A stretch of DNA of 64,000 nt from contig JBMNIH010000006.1 in the NCBI GenBank assembly GCA_050950825.1, forward strand, positions 128,001-192,000, given 5' to 3'. The notes under the pieces are model-generated. The model was given only the letters and a program-made list of their open reading frames with translations, did no database searches and had not been told where the DNA came from. Below are positions 18,506-28,813 of the stretch, piece by piece. Numbering within the stretch: the first letter of the stretch is position 1; each line of letters begins with the position of its first letter. The position numbers and the translations under genes are program-made. The stretch comes from Clostridia bacterium. GTDB lineage: Bacteria; Bacillota; Clostridia; JAAYHZ01.

Positions 18506-20891
18506 GTTTCAACCCACGCTCCCGTATGGGAGCGACCCGTCATGCTATGTGGATCCATGTGAATCTCGTGGTTTCAACCCACGCTCCCGTATGGGAGCGA
18601 CGAGCGGCGCAACGTCCTTGTAGATGAGTGTGGTTTCAACCCACGCTCCCGTATGGGAGCGACGGAATGCCTTCTGCGACGTCTCGCACGGGTCAGTTTC
18701 AACCCACGCTCCCGTATGGGAGCGACGGAATTTGCCTTGTGCCGACAGGTGCCGCAGCGTTTCAACCCACGCTCCCGTATGGGAGCGACTACCGTCGCAC
18801 ATGTAATCAGTCGTCTCTGATCCGTTTCAACCCACGCTCCCGTATGGGAGCGACGCGAATGCTAAACTTTGCGATCGTGCCGCTGGGTTTCAACCCACGC
18901 TCCCGTATGGGAGCGACCAATAAGCCTTTACGGTGTATAGGTGCTAACCTGTTTCAACCCACGCTCCCGTATGGGAGCGACTCCACAAGCGAAGACAAGA
19001 TGCGTCTCCGCTGTTTCAACCCACGCTCCCGTATGGGAGCGACCCGATGCACCGTTACGGCGGATTTGCCGACTCCTCGAAGAGTTTCAACCCACGCTCC
19101 CGTATGGGAGCGACGCCGAGGAGAAAGCTCCGGGCAGGCATGGACCAGGTAAGCGTTTCAACCCACGCTCCCGTATGGGAGCGACGCCATATCCGGCGTG
19201 GATCCGGAGTCACGCAAGGTTTCAACCCACGCTCCCGTATGGGAGCGACCCACAGCAACTTAGCATCGGAGATGTCCGGAGTTTCAACCCACGCTCCCGT
19301 ATGGGAGCGACGATGATCCAAGCGCTATGTGGGCGCTGTCCCGTCGTTTCAACCCACGCTCCCGTATGGGAGCGACGCCGTTAAGCTGCCCGCATGCCAG
19401 CAGAGGCTTGCAGTTTCAACCCACGCTCCCGTATGGGAGCGACCTACGGGTGTCAGCTCCATATGCCATACTATCCGTTTCAACCCACGCTCCCGTATGG
19501 GAGCGACTGCCATGACGATCAAAGGCTTTTCACCCATTAACTCGTCAACGGGTTTCAACCCACGCTCCCGTATGGGAGCGACATCATGGTCACGCGTATC
19601 ACTGATCGCGACTACCCCTTCATCGTTTCAACCCACGCTCCCGTATGGGAGCGACTGGCGATCGCCTTGGAACTGCGAACGACGTTCGGTTTCAACCCAC
19701 GCTCCCGTATGGGAGCGACCGCCATCGGAGTCACGCTTATCACCGCACGAGGTTTCAACCCACGCTCCCGTATGGGAGCGACGGACTGAGCAGACGTCAT
19801 CGATATGACCTTATCGTTTCAACCCACGCTCCCGTATGGGAGCGACCATGTACAGGATCATCGGCGCTTATTGCCATCAGTTTCAACCCACGCTCCCGTA
19901 TGGGAGCGACGTATGCCGAATGACGTCTTGAGGTATGCGTTTCAGTTTCAACCCACGCTCCCGTATGGGAGCGACACGAGACCGATGATAACCTATGTCA
20001 ATCGGAGTTTCAACCCACGCTCCCGTATGGGAGCGACAGTCAAGACGTACTTCGTACGAGTGATCATCTACGGTTTCAACCCACGCTCCCGTATGGGAGC
20101 GACGTCAGCCGGCAAAGCGATACGTTGGATCATACGAAGTTTCAACCCACGCTCCCGTATGGGAGCGACTCAAGCCCGAGTATATGACTGAGCTGAAATC
20201 GAGGTTTCAACCCACGCTCCCGTATGGGAGCGACAGGAGGGCCCAAGGATGAGCACCCCACTCCATCGAAAGTGTTTCAACCCACGCTCCCGTATGGGAG
20301 CGACGTCGACGCGGCTCGGTTTCCAAGACTTATCGACCTCTCCGGTTTCAACCCACGCTCCCGTATGGGAGCGACGTTGTCGTAGTCCGAATCTGACGTA
20401 CCGCGTAAGGTTTCAACCCACGCTCCCGTATGGGAGCGACGAGATATTACGCACGCTCTGTTGTAGAGGATGTCAGTTTCAACCCACGCTCCCGTATGGG
20501 AGCGACCAGAAAGTGTATCCTAATAGCCGTTCGGCGTAATGGGTTTCAACCCACGCTCCCGTATGGGAGCGACGTGCACCGTAGTTACGATCGGCCTAAT
20601 GCGATGTTTCAACCCACGCTCCCGTATGGGAGCGACAAGTGAGAGAACGGCGCTTGACAGGCGGAAGAAGTTTCAACCCACGCTCCCGTATGGGAGCGAC
20701 ACAATGTACATTTTGGCGAGATTAACGGTTGTAAGTTTCAACCCACGCTCCCGTATGGGAGCGACGTCACGGACACGTTTGCCCGACTCCCGATGTCGTT
20801 TCAACCCACGCTCCCGTATGGGAGCGACCGTATAGTGCAGTTCCATTGTCATAGGCGCCCGTTTCAACCCACGCTCCCGTATGGGAGCGAC
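18506..20891 (-). CRISPR. Type I-C CRISPR array: 37 identical 31-nt repeats GTCGCTCCCATACGGGAGCGTGGGTTGAAAC, 36 spacers (31-44 nt), plus a probable orphan spacer at 18472-18505
   Basis: Repeat positions counted by hand; palindromic GCTCCC/GGGAGC core and GAAAC end typical of I-C; leader next to cas2. Confidence 0.98.
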
Positions 20892-21039
20892 TGCTAAATA
20901 TTGTGAATGATAAACTTTGGAGTCTATATCTTGATTTTTATATTTCTTTTCTTTGTATTATTGGTAACATATGTTACGCATTTTGCATAATTTTTAGTGC
21001 GAATCTTCTAGGGATTTTATGTGAGCATGGCATTCGCAC
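20892..21039 (-). promoter_or_regulatory. CRISPR leader
   Basis: AT-rich; inverted motif GTGCGAAT (20997)...ATTCGCAC (21032) as seen in I-C leaders. Confidence 0.8.
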
Positions 21040-21329
21040 TAAATAACAAGAGGTCCTTCAAAGTCGATCGATGGTTTTGCACCTATATGTACTACCTTTT
21101 CTTTATAGTTATTTCCTAGAGTATAGAATCGCAGACTGTCTTTTTCACGATCAATAATTTTCTCGAGTTTATGCTGTAATTCTCGATATTGGGCATAATC
21201 AAGCACACACTCAAATACAGAATTCTGTACTCGTTGACCATAATTCTCACACATTTTTGCAACATGTCTGAGTCTTTTCTGTCCGGACAAATCCGTTGTA
21301 TTAACATCATATGTAATTAGAACTAACAA
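21039..21329 (-). CDS. cas2: CRISPR-associated endonuclease Cas2
   Basis: LITYDV, YGQRVQNSVFEC, DSLRFY. Confidence 0.97.
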   Translation of the reverse strand: MLVLITYDVNTTDLSGQKRLRHVAKMCENYGQRVQNSVFECVLDYAQYRELQHKLEKIIDREKDSLRFYTLGNNYKEKVVHIGAKPSIDFEGPLVI

Positions 21330-21338
21330 AGAATCACC

Positions 21339-22370
21339 TCATTTCCACAAAAACGGCGGATATTCTTCTATATCACCTCTTATATATCTTGCCAAAAGCA
21401 TTGCTTGACAATGCGGTACTAATCCCCATTCAATTTGCTCTTCTAAGTAGGGATGCATAATAGTTTCCCTTTTTCTTTCTTGCCAAGCGGTTAGCACCTT
21501 CTTGCGAGCATTATCATTGATGACAACGGCACCATTTTCACGGGTAATAAAATCCTGTTTTGTAATAATCATTTTATTAACTAGACTCAATACAAACCGG
21601 TCTACCACTATTGCTCTCAATTCCTCCAGAATGTCAAGTGCTAAAGAAGTGCGGCCCGGTCTGTCTCTGTGAAAGATGCCGACATAGGAATCTAAACCTA
21701 CTGTTTCACATGCAGCAGCACATTCGTTCGCCAGTATTACATAGAAGAACGACAGTAACGCATTAAGGTTATCGGTAGGAGGTCGCTTAATTCTGCTTTT
21801 CCAAACAAAGTCATCTTTTTGTTGTAATATAAGATCATCGAATATGTCAAAGTAGGTTGATGCAGCTTTTCCTTCGATCCCTCTTATTCGGTCTAGGGTA
21901 TCCGCCTCCTTGAGTTCATTTATTGAGTTATACAGATACTCAGACACATTTTTTAGCTTATCAACATCTAATCTCATGCCATGGTCGCGGATAGCTCTGT
22001 CTACAATCGATTTTGCATTATAAAGCTTTCCTGTTATCATATTTCCGGCAACTTTCACACACTCGTCTTCATTATCGGATAAACGATACTGAGCTTTTCG
22101 TAAAAGAACATTACCATTGCTCTCACCGATCACTCGTCCAAGGAATCGCCCATGCGGTGACAGAAAACACAACGATATATTGTTTTGAGTACATGCTCTC
22201 ATAAGAGCGGGGCTCGCACCCATAAATCCAAAAGTCACTATTCCTTCCAGATTCAACAAGGGGAGCTTTAACAGATCTTTTTCTTCCGATCTTATAACAA
22301 CCGTTTCCCCTTCTAGTGATAAATAGGCATCCGGGTTTGTTACATACAGAGTATTAAGTAACTTTCTCAT
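21339..22370 (-). CDS. cas1: Type I-C Cas1
   Basis: MRKLLNTLYVT, RGIEG, NALLSF, HRDRPGRTSLALD, YPPFLWK. Confidence 0.97.
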   Translation of the reverse strand: MRKLLNTLYVTNPDAYLSLEGETVVIRSEEKDLLKLPLLNLEGIVTFGFMGASPALMRACTQNNISLCFLSPHGRFLGRVIGESNGNVLLRKAQYRLSDNEDECVKVAGNMITGKLYNAKSIVDRAIRDHGMRLDVDKLKNVSEYLYNSINELKEADTLDRIRGIEGKAASTYFDIFDDLILQQKDDFVWKSRIKRPPTDNLNALLSFFYVILANECAAACETVGLDSYVGIFHRDRPGRTSLALDILEELRAIVVDRFVLSLVNKMIITKQDFITRENGAVVINDNARKKVLTAWQERKRETIMHPYLEEQIEWGLVPHCQAMLLARYIRGDIEEYPPFLWK

Positions 22371-22389
22371 AGCCTTATCCTCGTTAGAG

Positions 22390-23043
22390 TTATTTTTTTA
22401 ACATATTCGATATATACCTGCTTACGCTTTTATTCTCATTTAAGACAGGAAGGCACAAGTTCGCAAGCGAGCACGACTTACACTTATTCCCCGTTTTAAC
22501 TCGAGGAGTATGTTTTCTCTGCATTAACATATGCATTTCTTCTACTATGCTGCAAACCTCATTTTTTAACTCGGATGTAAATATGACATCTTCCCTGTGC
22601 TTAATTTCTCCATAAAACATGTAACCTTCGTTAATAGTGCAAGCTAACATTTCTTCCAAACACATAGCTTGGGCACAAAGTTGCAAGCGGTCTGCATTAT
22701 GCTTTTTCGGTCTACCCTTTTTGTACTCAATAATAACAGGTTTATACTTTCCCCGTCTTCCATGAAGCGTTATACCGTTATCAACTTCATGAAACTCAAC
22801 GACATCACAAATTCCGGTTATGCCTAGTTTTGAAGATGATACCGGCATACCTCTTGATATAATTAGGCCTTTTCTTTTTTCCGAGAGCTTGCCGCCGTGG
22901 GCGCTCTCGTGAAATATGTGACCTTCAATCGTGTAAACATTTTCAGTCCACATATTTTCTATATATATGAGCGCCCACTGTCTACGGCAAAATGCAAAAT
23001 GCTGAATTCCTGATAATTGTAAATAATCTTCTTCCTTGTACAT
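22390..23043 (-). CDS. cas4: Cas4 exonuclease
   Basis: FCRRQWAL, GICDVVE, IEYKKG, QLCAQAMCLEE, C-terminal CxxCxxxxxC. Confidence 0.96.
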   Translation of the reverse strand: MYKEEDYLQLSGIQHFAFCRRQWALIYIENMWTENVYTIEGHIFHESAHGGKLSEKRKGLIISRGMPVSSSKLGITGICDVVEFHEVDNGITLHGRRGKYKPVIIEYKKGRPKKHNADRLQLCAQAMCLEEMLACTINEGYMFYGEIKHREDVIFTSELKNEVCSIVEEMHMLMQRKHTPRVKTGNKCKSCSLANLCLPVLNENKSVSRYISNMLKK

Positions 23044-23045
23044 TT

Positions 23046-23933
23046 TTATATCATTCTTATGCATGTTACTCCTTCCGGAATGTTTTCGGTAAAGACGGTT
23101 ACTTCATAATCGCTATATTCTCTGGCGGGTTTTTCGAGATCTTTTCTTGTAACTTTTACCGTATCGAAAAGTACATGCGCCGGAGCATTGCCAAAGGTGC
23201 CATTATGCTTAAAAACAATTAACTCTCTTACGGCCATCTTCCCTCGAGCCGCAGATCGGTCGTGCTCGAACATGTTTTTAATTGCCTCCCACAGAAGATC
23301 CAAATCATCATCAGAAAAACCGGTGACTTTCGCCAAGTTTGCCGATACAAATCCTTCCATCCTATAAAGAGCATACGGAATAATATGTTTTCTGCCCATT
23401 TCCGTACCTTTCTTTTCCGCATCGGCTTCCGTTGTTATTGCCACCCTTGTAATGGTAACTTCTTGTTGTACAATGGGATCAATGCTTCGTGCGAAGCTCA
23501 ATTGCACGGGACCTCTGACTTGTCCGCAGCTTAGTGCCGCTTTAACGAATGTTGTCATGACCGCACCGAATGTTCTTATGTCGTAAAAATTGGAACACAT
23601 AAAATCACGTATCTTTTCATCAATACCCGGATCTTTCTTTTTCGCTTCACCGATACTTTTTTCATCGACACCTAGATACTGATATGCCGTTCTGTCGCTG
23701 ACGTTTAAGGGGATATTTTCTTTTATGTAGATTTTGTATTCTTTATCACCCTCTTTAACCGCTTCTACGTAATTTCTTATCTTTCTTTTTATACAGACAT
23801 CGGTTACAATTCCGTGTCCCGTCTCGGGATCAATTCGAGGCATGTTCCCGGCATCAGGATCCCCGTTGGGATTGCCATTGACTACATCAAAAAGAATTAC
23901 AAATTCATACCTGCTATTTATGGGTTCTCTCAT
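23046..23933 (-). CDS. cas7: Type I-C Cas7 (Csd2)
   Basis: NGNPNGDPDAGNMPR, DIRTFGAV, GPVQ, EHDRSAARG. Confidence 0.97.
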   Translation of the reverse strand: MREPINSRYEFVILFDVVNGNPNGDPDAGNMPRIDPETGHGIVTDVCIKRKIRNYVEAVKEGDKEYKIYIKENIPLNVSDRTAYQYLGVDEKSIGEAKKKDPGIDEKIRDFMCSNFYDIRTFGAVMTTFVKAALSCGQVRGPVQLSFARSIDPIVQQEVTITRVAITTEADAEKKGTEMGRKHIIPYALYRMEGFVSANLAKVTGFSDDDLDLLWEAIKNMFEHDRSAARGKMAVRELIVFKHNGTFGNAPAHVLFDTVKVTRKDLEKPAREYSDYEVTVFTENIPEGVTCIRMI

Positions 23934-23939
23934 TTCTAA

Positions 23940-25712
23940 TTACTCCTTTCTAACCTTTTCATAATTGGCTTGTTTTTGATGATAATAACCTAAAATAAAT
24001 ATTCCTTGTTCCTCTAGCGTTAAGTTCGCCGGAAACGGATCATCGTTGACTTCCAACATATTCAGCAGCTCTCTTATCTTAATCTCCGCATTTTTACCGT
24101 ACTGAGCTTTCGCAATATGGTGGTTGCTTAATCGTAGCAGTACGGGGAAAACGGATGCAGGCGTTGCACAAGCCGAGGTAAAATATCTGTCTTTAATCGT
24201 TGTGTTAATTCCCGGATTCGCTTCCTCCTGTACTTTTTCCAATACGGAAAACAAACGCCCCAATATATATGCTTTTTCTTTACATTCGGGATTTAGCGCC
24301 ACTGTTAAGACCTCCTTATATTTTTGATAATTGTATTTTTTTATCAGATAAGCTTTGATAATTCCCGCCCTTGCTCGGTTTATATCTCTATCAGCCCGAA
24401 TTCGTATCATTATGGCCGAGTACAACGCCGAAGGATACGGCTGCCCGGACAATATCGCTCGTAAAACGGCTCCTGTCAATAACGGTGATGACGATTTGTC
24501 TTTCGATGCTTTAGGTACCGTCTCCAGCATGACCTTCCATAGAGGTACATATTGGTAGTCATCCGGATGTCTTGCAATCTCCATGTTTCTGTAGTGCTCA
24601 ACCAATCGATCTACATATGATCCGTACCTGCCGCTTAGAAAGAATCGTATAGAGATTCTCCCTGCATTGGGGGATAAAGCCAAAACATAAAACGGCACAT
24701 CCGGATCCAATGATTGATCCGCCTCTTCAATAGGCATCCCCGATGCCACTTTCCGAAAAAGATCTCGGATCCGATAAGTCGTCTTTGTATCTTCAACGTT
24801 TTCAGGTCCCTGAATTTCTTCTTCGCTTGGCATAAGTAAAAAGTTAAACAAATCGAGATACTGCGGTTTCGTACTTTCCGCCCAAAAAACAACGGCGCTA
24901 TCTCCTATGTCAATTCGATGATTGTAACTTCCGAGCATAAAATTTAGTGCCGTAGTATAGGCAAAAGCGGCACGTTCACTGACAGGCGCATTGGCTCCTT
25001 GCTGTTTTTCATGACCATAAGACTCATATGCTTGACTGTTAAAGGAAACAATATAGGCTCCCGACGATTGAGCTCCTTTCACGCCTTTTATTGCTGTGTG
25101 AATTCTTGCAATAGGTAACATCTTCCCCGTTACCAAACACTGCATCACCGTGTCACTTTCCATTTTGCTTTTATACTCCTGCCAAGCCTCTCTGACTTTA
25201 GGATCCTCATGTACGTATCCCGTTCCGTTTAAGTAGAACACCAAGTTACCGCCGCTTAAAATATCATCGAGGTATTCTTTTAGTACCGGACTTTCTTTTT
25301 GATCCTCGGGGACCCACTTATCGATAAATGCCAAGACGGCTCTTGCACAAGGTGTTTCCACACCTTCTAAAACCCTTCGATGCAAATCTTGAAACAGATT
25401 AAAGCATTCTTTTGTGCGTGTAGGATTGTCTTTTTTATCGATTCCCAAAACATATCCGGAGTTATCGCAAAGAAAATTCGATCCCGTGTTAACGGTCCTT
25501 GTAATCTGTTCTGGTACTTCCATTTCCTGGGGTTTGTATACGGTCTTTTTACCGACTCTTGTAGGTACCTGCAGCGGGATAATGCCTATTAAGTCTCCGG
25601 ATTCATTGATATTGAGAGCAAATGATACTTTTGCTTTGGAATAACCCTGCTCCGGTAATTGACCGTTTTCAACCATTAAGTTATAGTAATTTGTCAGCGC
25701 TTGCAGTATCAC
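23940..25712 (-). CDS. cas8c: Type I-C Cas8c (Csd1)
   Basis: ILQAL..YY start, CLVTG, VSFN..AYESYG, LSPNAGRISIR, AYILGRLF, QGIFILGYYHQ; GTG start overlapping the cas5 stop. Confidence 0.96.
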   Translation of the reverse strand: MILQALTNYYNLMVENGQLPEQGYSKAKVSFALNINESGDLIGIIPLQVPTRVGKKTVYKPQEMEVPEQITRTVNTGSNFLCDNSGYVLGIDKKDNPTRTKECFNLFQDLHRRVLEGVETPCARAVLAFIDKWVPEDQKESPVLKEYLDDILSGGNLVFYLNGTGYVHEDPKVREAWQEYKSKMESDTVMQCLVTGKMLPIARIHTAIKGVKGAQSSGAYIVSFNSQAYESYGHEKQQGANAPVSERAAFAYTTALNFMLGSYNHRIDIGDSAVVFWAESTKPQYLDLFNFLLMPSEEEIQGPENVEDTKTTYRIRDLFRKVASGMPIEEADQSLDPDVPFYVLALSPNAGRISIRFFLSGRYGSYVDRLVEHYRNMEIARHPDDYQYVPLWKVMLETVPKASKDKSSSPLLTGAVLRAILSGQPYPSALYSAIMIRIRADRDINRARAGIIKAYLIKKYNYQKYKEVLTVALNPECKEKAYILGRLFSVLEKVQEEANPGINTTIKDRYFTSACATPASVFPVLLRLSNHHIAKAQYGKNAEIKIRELLNMLEVNDDPFPANLTLEEQGIFILGYYHQKQANYEKVRKE

Positions 25713-26371
25713 TGTACCACCTCGCATTCCGTCAAGTCGATTACGCCATCCATCATAATCGCTCTGAAAAATTTCGGTTTGATGTCGTTCGGATCGGAAT
25801 AATCCATATCATACAACATGTAACCCAAATCCTTTGTACCCGTATAAGCCGTCTGAATCGGACCGCCCTTGTAAAGAGCCACATTTGCAGGGAACTCCCT
25901 ACACCCGAAATAGGGGGTATGGTAATTCTGACCCTTTTCAAGCCTTCTTAAGATTATGTTGTAGTACTTTTTTTCCGCATCGGAGCCAAAATCCTTTTGC
26001 AGCTTGAAATGAGCCTCAATGACGTATCTTACATCTTTTAGAATCATCGATGCCCGTTGTTGCCTGTCTTTTGTTGCAATAATACCCAATGGATCATTTT
26101 TACCGTTGATAACGCTTTGCACGTTTCTTGCGGAAATTTTCGACCCTACTTCATTGCGCCTTATGTTCACAAACTTTATGGGCTTGCAAACATATATCTT
26201 GTCAATGACCCATTTGATTTCAGGCTTCCAACAAATCGCATCAAGAATTCCCCGCGCCGCAGAAGGAGTTATCACATCGTAGCTTACCCGCTCCACTTTC
26301 ATCTCGGGACGCGTAAACAGAGCATAGTCTCCCCACACCTCAACGCAAATTCCAAATGGCAAAGTAATCAC
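25709..26371 (-). CDS. cas5: Type I-C Cas5c (Cas5d)
   Basis: GDYALFTRPEMKVERVSYDVITPSAARGI, RRNEV, PYFGCREF. Confidence 0.97.
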   Translation of the reverse strand: MITLPFGICVEVWGDYALFTRPEMKVERVSYDVITPSAARGILDAICWKPEIKWVIDKIYVCKPIKFVNIRRNEVGSKISARNVQSVINGKNDPLGIIATKDRQQRASMILKDVRYVIEAHFKLQKDFGSDAEKKYYNIILRRLEKGQNYHTPYFGCREFPANVALYKGGPIQTAYTGTKDLGYMLYDMDYSDPNDIKPKFFRAIMMDGVIDLTECEVVQ

Positions 26372-26424
26372 CTCCTATACTTTTTTAAATTACATATGAT
26401 AAATTGATTGGAATCTCACCCGGT

Positions 26425-28599
26425 TTAACAAAATATACCGATACCGTCCTCGATCTCGACTTTAAGACCGGTTCTTTCGTTGTATAAGCTTGTGTCCATG
26501 AGCACAAACAGCTCGGTATCAATCATCTCAATTGCTCCGACACCTAACAATTTTTCCGCTTCTTTTTTGTATACATTGACAATATAGGGTTGTATATTGC
26601 GTACTGAGCTTATGGTTCTTTCATTGTTTTTTAATCTTTCTATAAACAATTTCGCTTTTTCATCGTAAGGTATGATGATACCGTAAGTTATATCCTCGAT
26701 GAGTTTATATTCCGATGCAATTTGATGAAACGGAAAGCTCCCACCGTTTACGGCTCCTTCTTCTAATCTGGATATGATATCTTTGTAATCCAAGCTTTTT
26801 CCGGCGGTGTGGAATAGCTGTGTAAAATAGGCTTCTATGGCTTCAGGCGAAGATACATCCGTATATCTTTCGGCAATTCCTTTCGCTATTTCGGTAGGTC
26901 TTCGAAGAGCGCTCGGCAGCTTTTGATTATAATCGTCATCCATATCATAAATGTAAACATTACTATCTTCTATTGATCTTCTTCCTTCTCTATTGCATCT
27001 TCCTGCCGCTTGGATTTGAGACTCGAGTCCTGCCATCTGTCTGTAAACCGCAGGGAAATCTACGTCAACACCGGCTTCGATAAGGCTTGTTGAAATCACT
27101 CTGCAAGGCATTTCTTTCTTTAGTCTGTCCTTTATTTCGGCAATTTTTTGTGATCTGTGTACGGGACACATTAATGTCGACAGGTGGAAATTACCGGGTT
27201 CACTAAGACCGTCACTTATATTTCTTGCCGTTTTTCGAGTATTGACAATGCACAAAACTTGATTTCGCTTTTCAAGATGATCGATTAACAATTCATAACT
27301 TAACTTACCGATGTATTTGATATTCGTACGCTTAAATGCTTTATACAAGGCAGGCGCATTTTCAATGATTTCCGTAATTTTTGTTCCTTTCGGAAACAAA
27401 TCCTTTATAGCAGGTTGGGTGGCACTGCATAGAACACATGTACTTCCATAATTCGTTACCAATTCACTGATGGTACGAATACAGGGCAATAAATAATAAA
27501 TCGGAAGCATTTGCGCTTCGTCAAACAAAATTACGCTGTTTGCGGTATTGTGCAGTTTTCTACATTTTGATGCTCTATTTGAAAAAAAGGATTCAAAAAA
27601 CTGAACATTCGTCGTTACGACAATCGGAATATCCCAATTCTCCGTTGCCAAACGCAGCTTTGACATTTCTTCACTTTCATCGTCGTAAGCGATATTGGAA
27701 TGGTGTTCTAAAACGTACTCGGATCCTAAAATACTCTTTATGACGGCGGCATTTTGCTCAATAATCGAAGTATACGGTATTACGTATATGATCCGTTTCA
27801 TTCCATGTTTCTTTGCGTGCTTTAAAGCAAAGCTCAACGAAGATATTGTTTTTCCTCCTCCGGTAGGTACGGTTAAGGTATATATCCCTTTAGGATTTTC
27901 TGCGGCATGCAAACACCTGTTCAGTATCTCACACCTTTTCTCATTAACGAGTCCTACGGGAGAATCAAACCTTTTTATATATTCAAGCAATTTATCGAGT
28001 AAGGTGTCTATCGAACAGTCGATGCTTCTATCGATTGTATTTCCCGACATAAAACGCTCGGTATCCAAATAATCGGCATCGACAAGACAGGAATATAACA
28101 TTCGGATTAGAAAGGATATCGATAATCCCCCGCCGGCCACAGGTTGAATGGGAATTTTCGACGGAAGCTTTTCTTTTGGGATATCAAGAAATTTCCTGTA
28201 TGTACCATAGTTCGGTAAATTACGACGCTTCAGTTTACCGTACAATGTAGGCTCGTCGCCTGTATCCGCTGCGCTGCCTCCATCCGGAAGACCTGCATGA
28301 TGGCCCGCTATGCAATAAGCCAATATGATACCGAATGCTTTAACGTATTTATATATTTCAATGGCGCCGGCAGTCGAATGATCTACATATATGGAATGTC
28401 CGCGAATTCTTTTTTGAAATTCTTGTGAATATTTTCCTATATCATGAACCAGTCCGCATAAGTAACCCAAATCCTTACACCCGAATACCGATGCGAAATC
28501 ACTTGCAAGTTTTGCGGTACCCATTAAATGACTTTGAATTGTTTGAACTACCCCGTCTTCCCTTATATGTGCAGCAAATGTATTTTCCACTATAAACAC
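26425..28599 (-). CDS. cas3: Cas3 HD nuclease-helicase
   Basis: HDIGK, DHS, GHHAGL, LVDADYLD, VPTGGGKT, DEAQ, QAAGRCNREG. Confidence 0.97.
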   Translation of the reverse strand: MFIVENTFAAHIREDGVVQTIQSHLMGTAKLASDFASVFGCKDLGYLCGLVHDIGKYSQEFQKRIRGHSIYVDHSTAGAIEIYKYVKAFGIILAYCIAGHHAGLPDGGSAADTGDEPTLYGKLKRRNLPNYGTYRKFLDIPKEKLPSKIPIQPVAGGGLSISFLIRMLYSCLVDADYLDTERFMSGNTIDRSIDCSIDTLLDKLLEYIKRFDSPVGLVNEKRCEILNRCLHAAENPKGIYTLTVPTGGGKTISSLSFALKHAKKHGMKRIIYVIPYTSIIEQNAAVIKSILGSEYVLEHHSNIAYDDESEEMSKLRLATENWDIPIVVTTNVQFFESFFSNRASKCRKLHNTANSVILFDEAQMLPIYYLLPCIRTISELVTNYGSTCVLCSATQPAIKDLFPKGTKITEIIENAPALYKAFKRTNIKYIGKLSYELLIDHLEKRNQVLCIVNTRKTARNISDGLSEPGNFHLSTLMCPVHRSQKIAEIKDRLKKEMPCRVISTSLIEAGVDVDFPAVYRQMAGLESQIQAAGRCNREGRRSIEDSNVYIYDMDDDYNQKLPSALRRPTEIAKGIAERYTDVSSPEAIEAYFTQLFHTAGKSLDYKDIISRLEEGAVNGGSFPFHQIASEYKLIEDITYGIIIPYDEKAKLFIERLKNNERTISSVRNIQPYIVNVYKKEAEKLLGVGAIEMIDTELFVLMDTSLYNERTGLKVEIEDGIGIFC

Positions 28600-28753
28600 C
28601 TGCTTTATCTTTTTTCTATATTTTTAGATTAGCATTTATTATTATTAAAAGCAATTATGTTAACCTTTTTTGTCGAATTTTTGAATATCGCTTCATTCAT
28701 TTTTGTATTTTTTATAATACGCAAAAATCGATAAATGTTATTCTTTAGCAAAA

Positions 28754-28788
28754 CACGACACGGCTACCGTATACTATGCCGTGTCGTG
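28754..28788 (-). terminator. Terminator after spoIIP
   Basis: CACGACACGGC...GCCGTGTCGTG stem with an A-run on the left. Confidence 0.7.
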
Positions 28789-28813
28789 AAGAATAAGTGT
28801 TATATTTAACCGC

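Noticed and set aside
18664-19751. Short similarities between spacers (GGAAT..GCCTT..CGAC in spacers 3 and 4; CGGAGTCACGC in spacers 11 and 19; CTCCTCG/CGAGGAG across spacers 9 and 10)
   Set aside because: Matches of 11 nt or less are within chance for about 1.2 kb of spacer sequence, and the pattern is not repeated in the other long pairs.
18373-20867. Many 60-170-aa ORFs with repeated VSTHAPVWER / FQPTLPYGSD / RSHTGAWVET peptides
   Set aside because: They are translations of the stop-free CRISPR repeat, not genes.
21039-28599. Non-canonical or accessory genes in the cas operon; CRISPR-associated transposon made from the nearby IS21
   Set aside because: The operon is canonical type I-C with an intact Cas3, no tniQ and no extra ORFs; the IS21 has its own ends and looks disruptive.
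28671-28677. Perfect Spo0A box (TGTCGAA) upstream of cas3
   Set aside because: A single 7-mer is expected by chance every several kb; no second box or clear promoter overlap.
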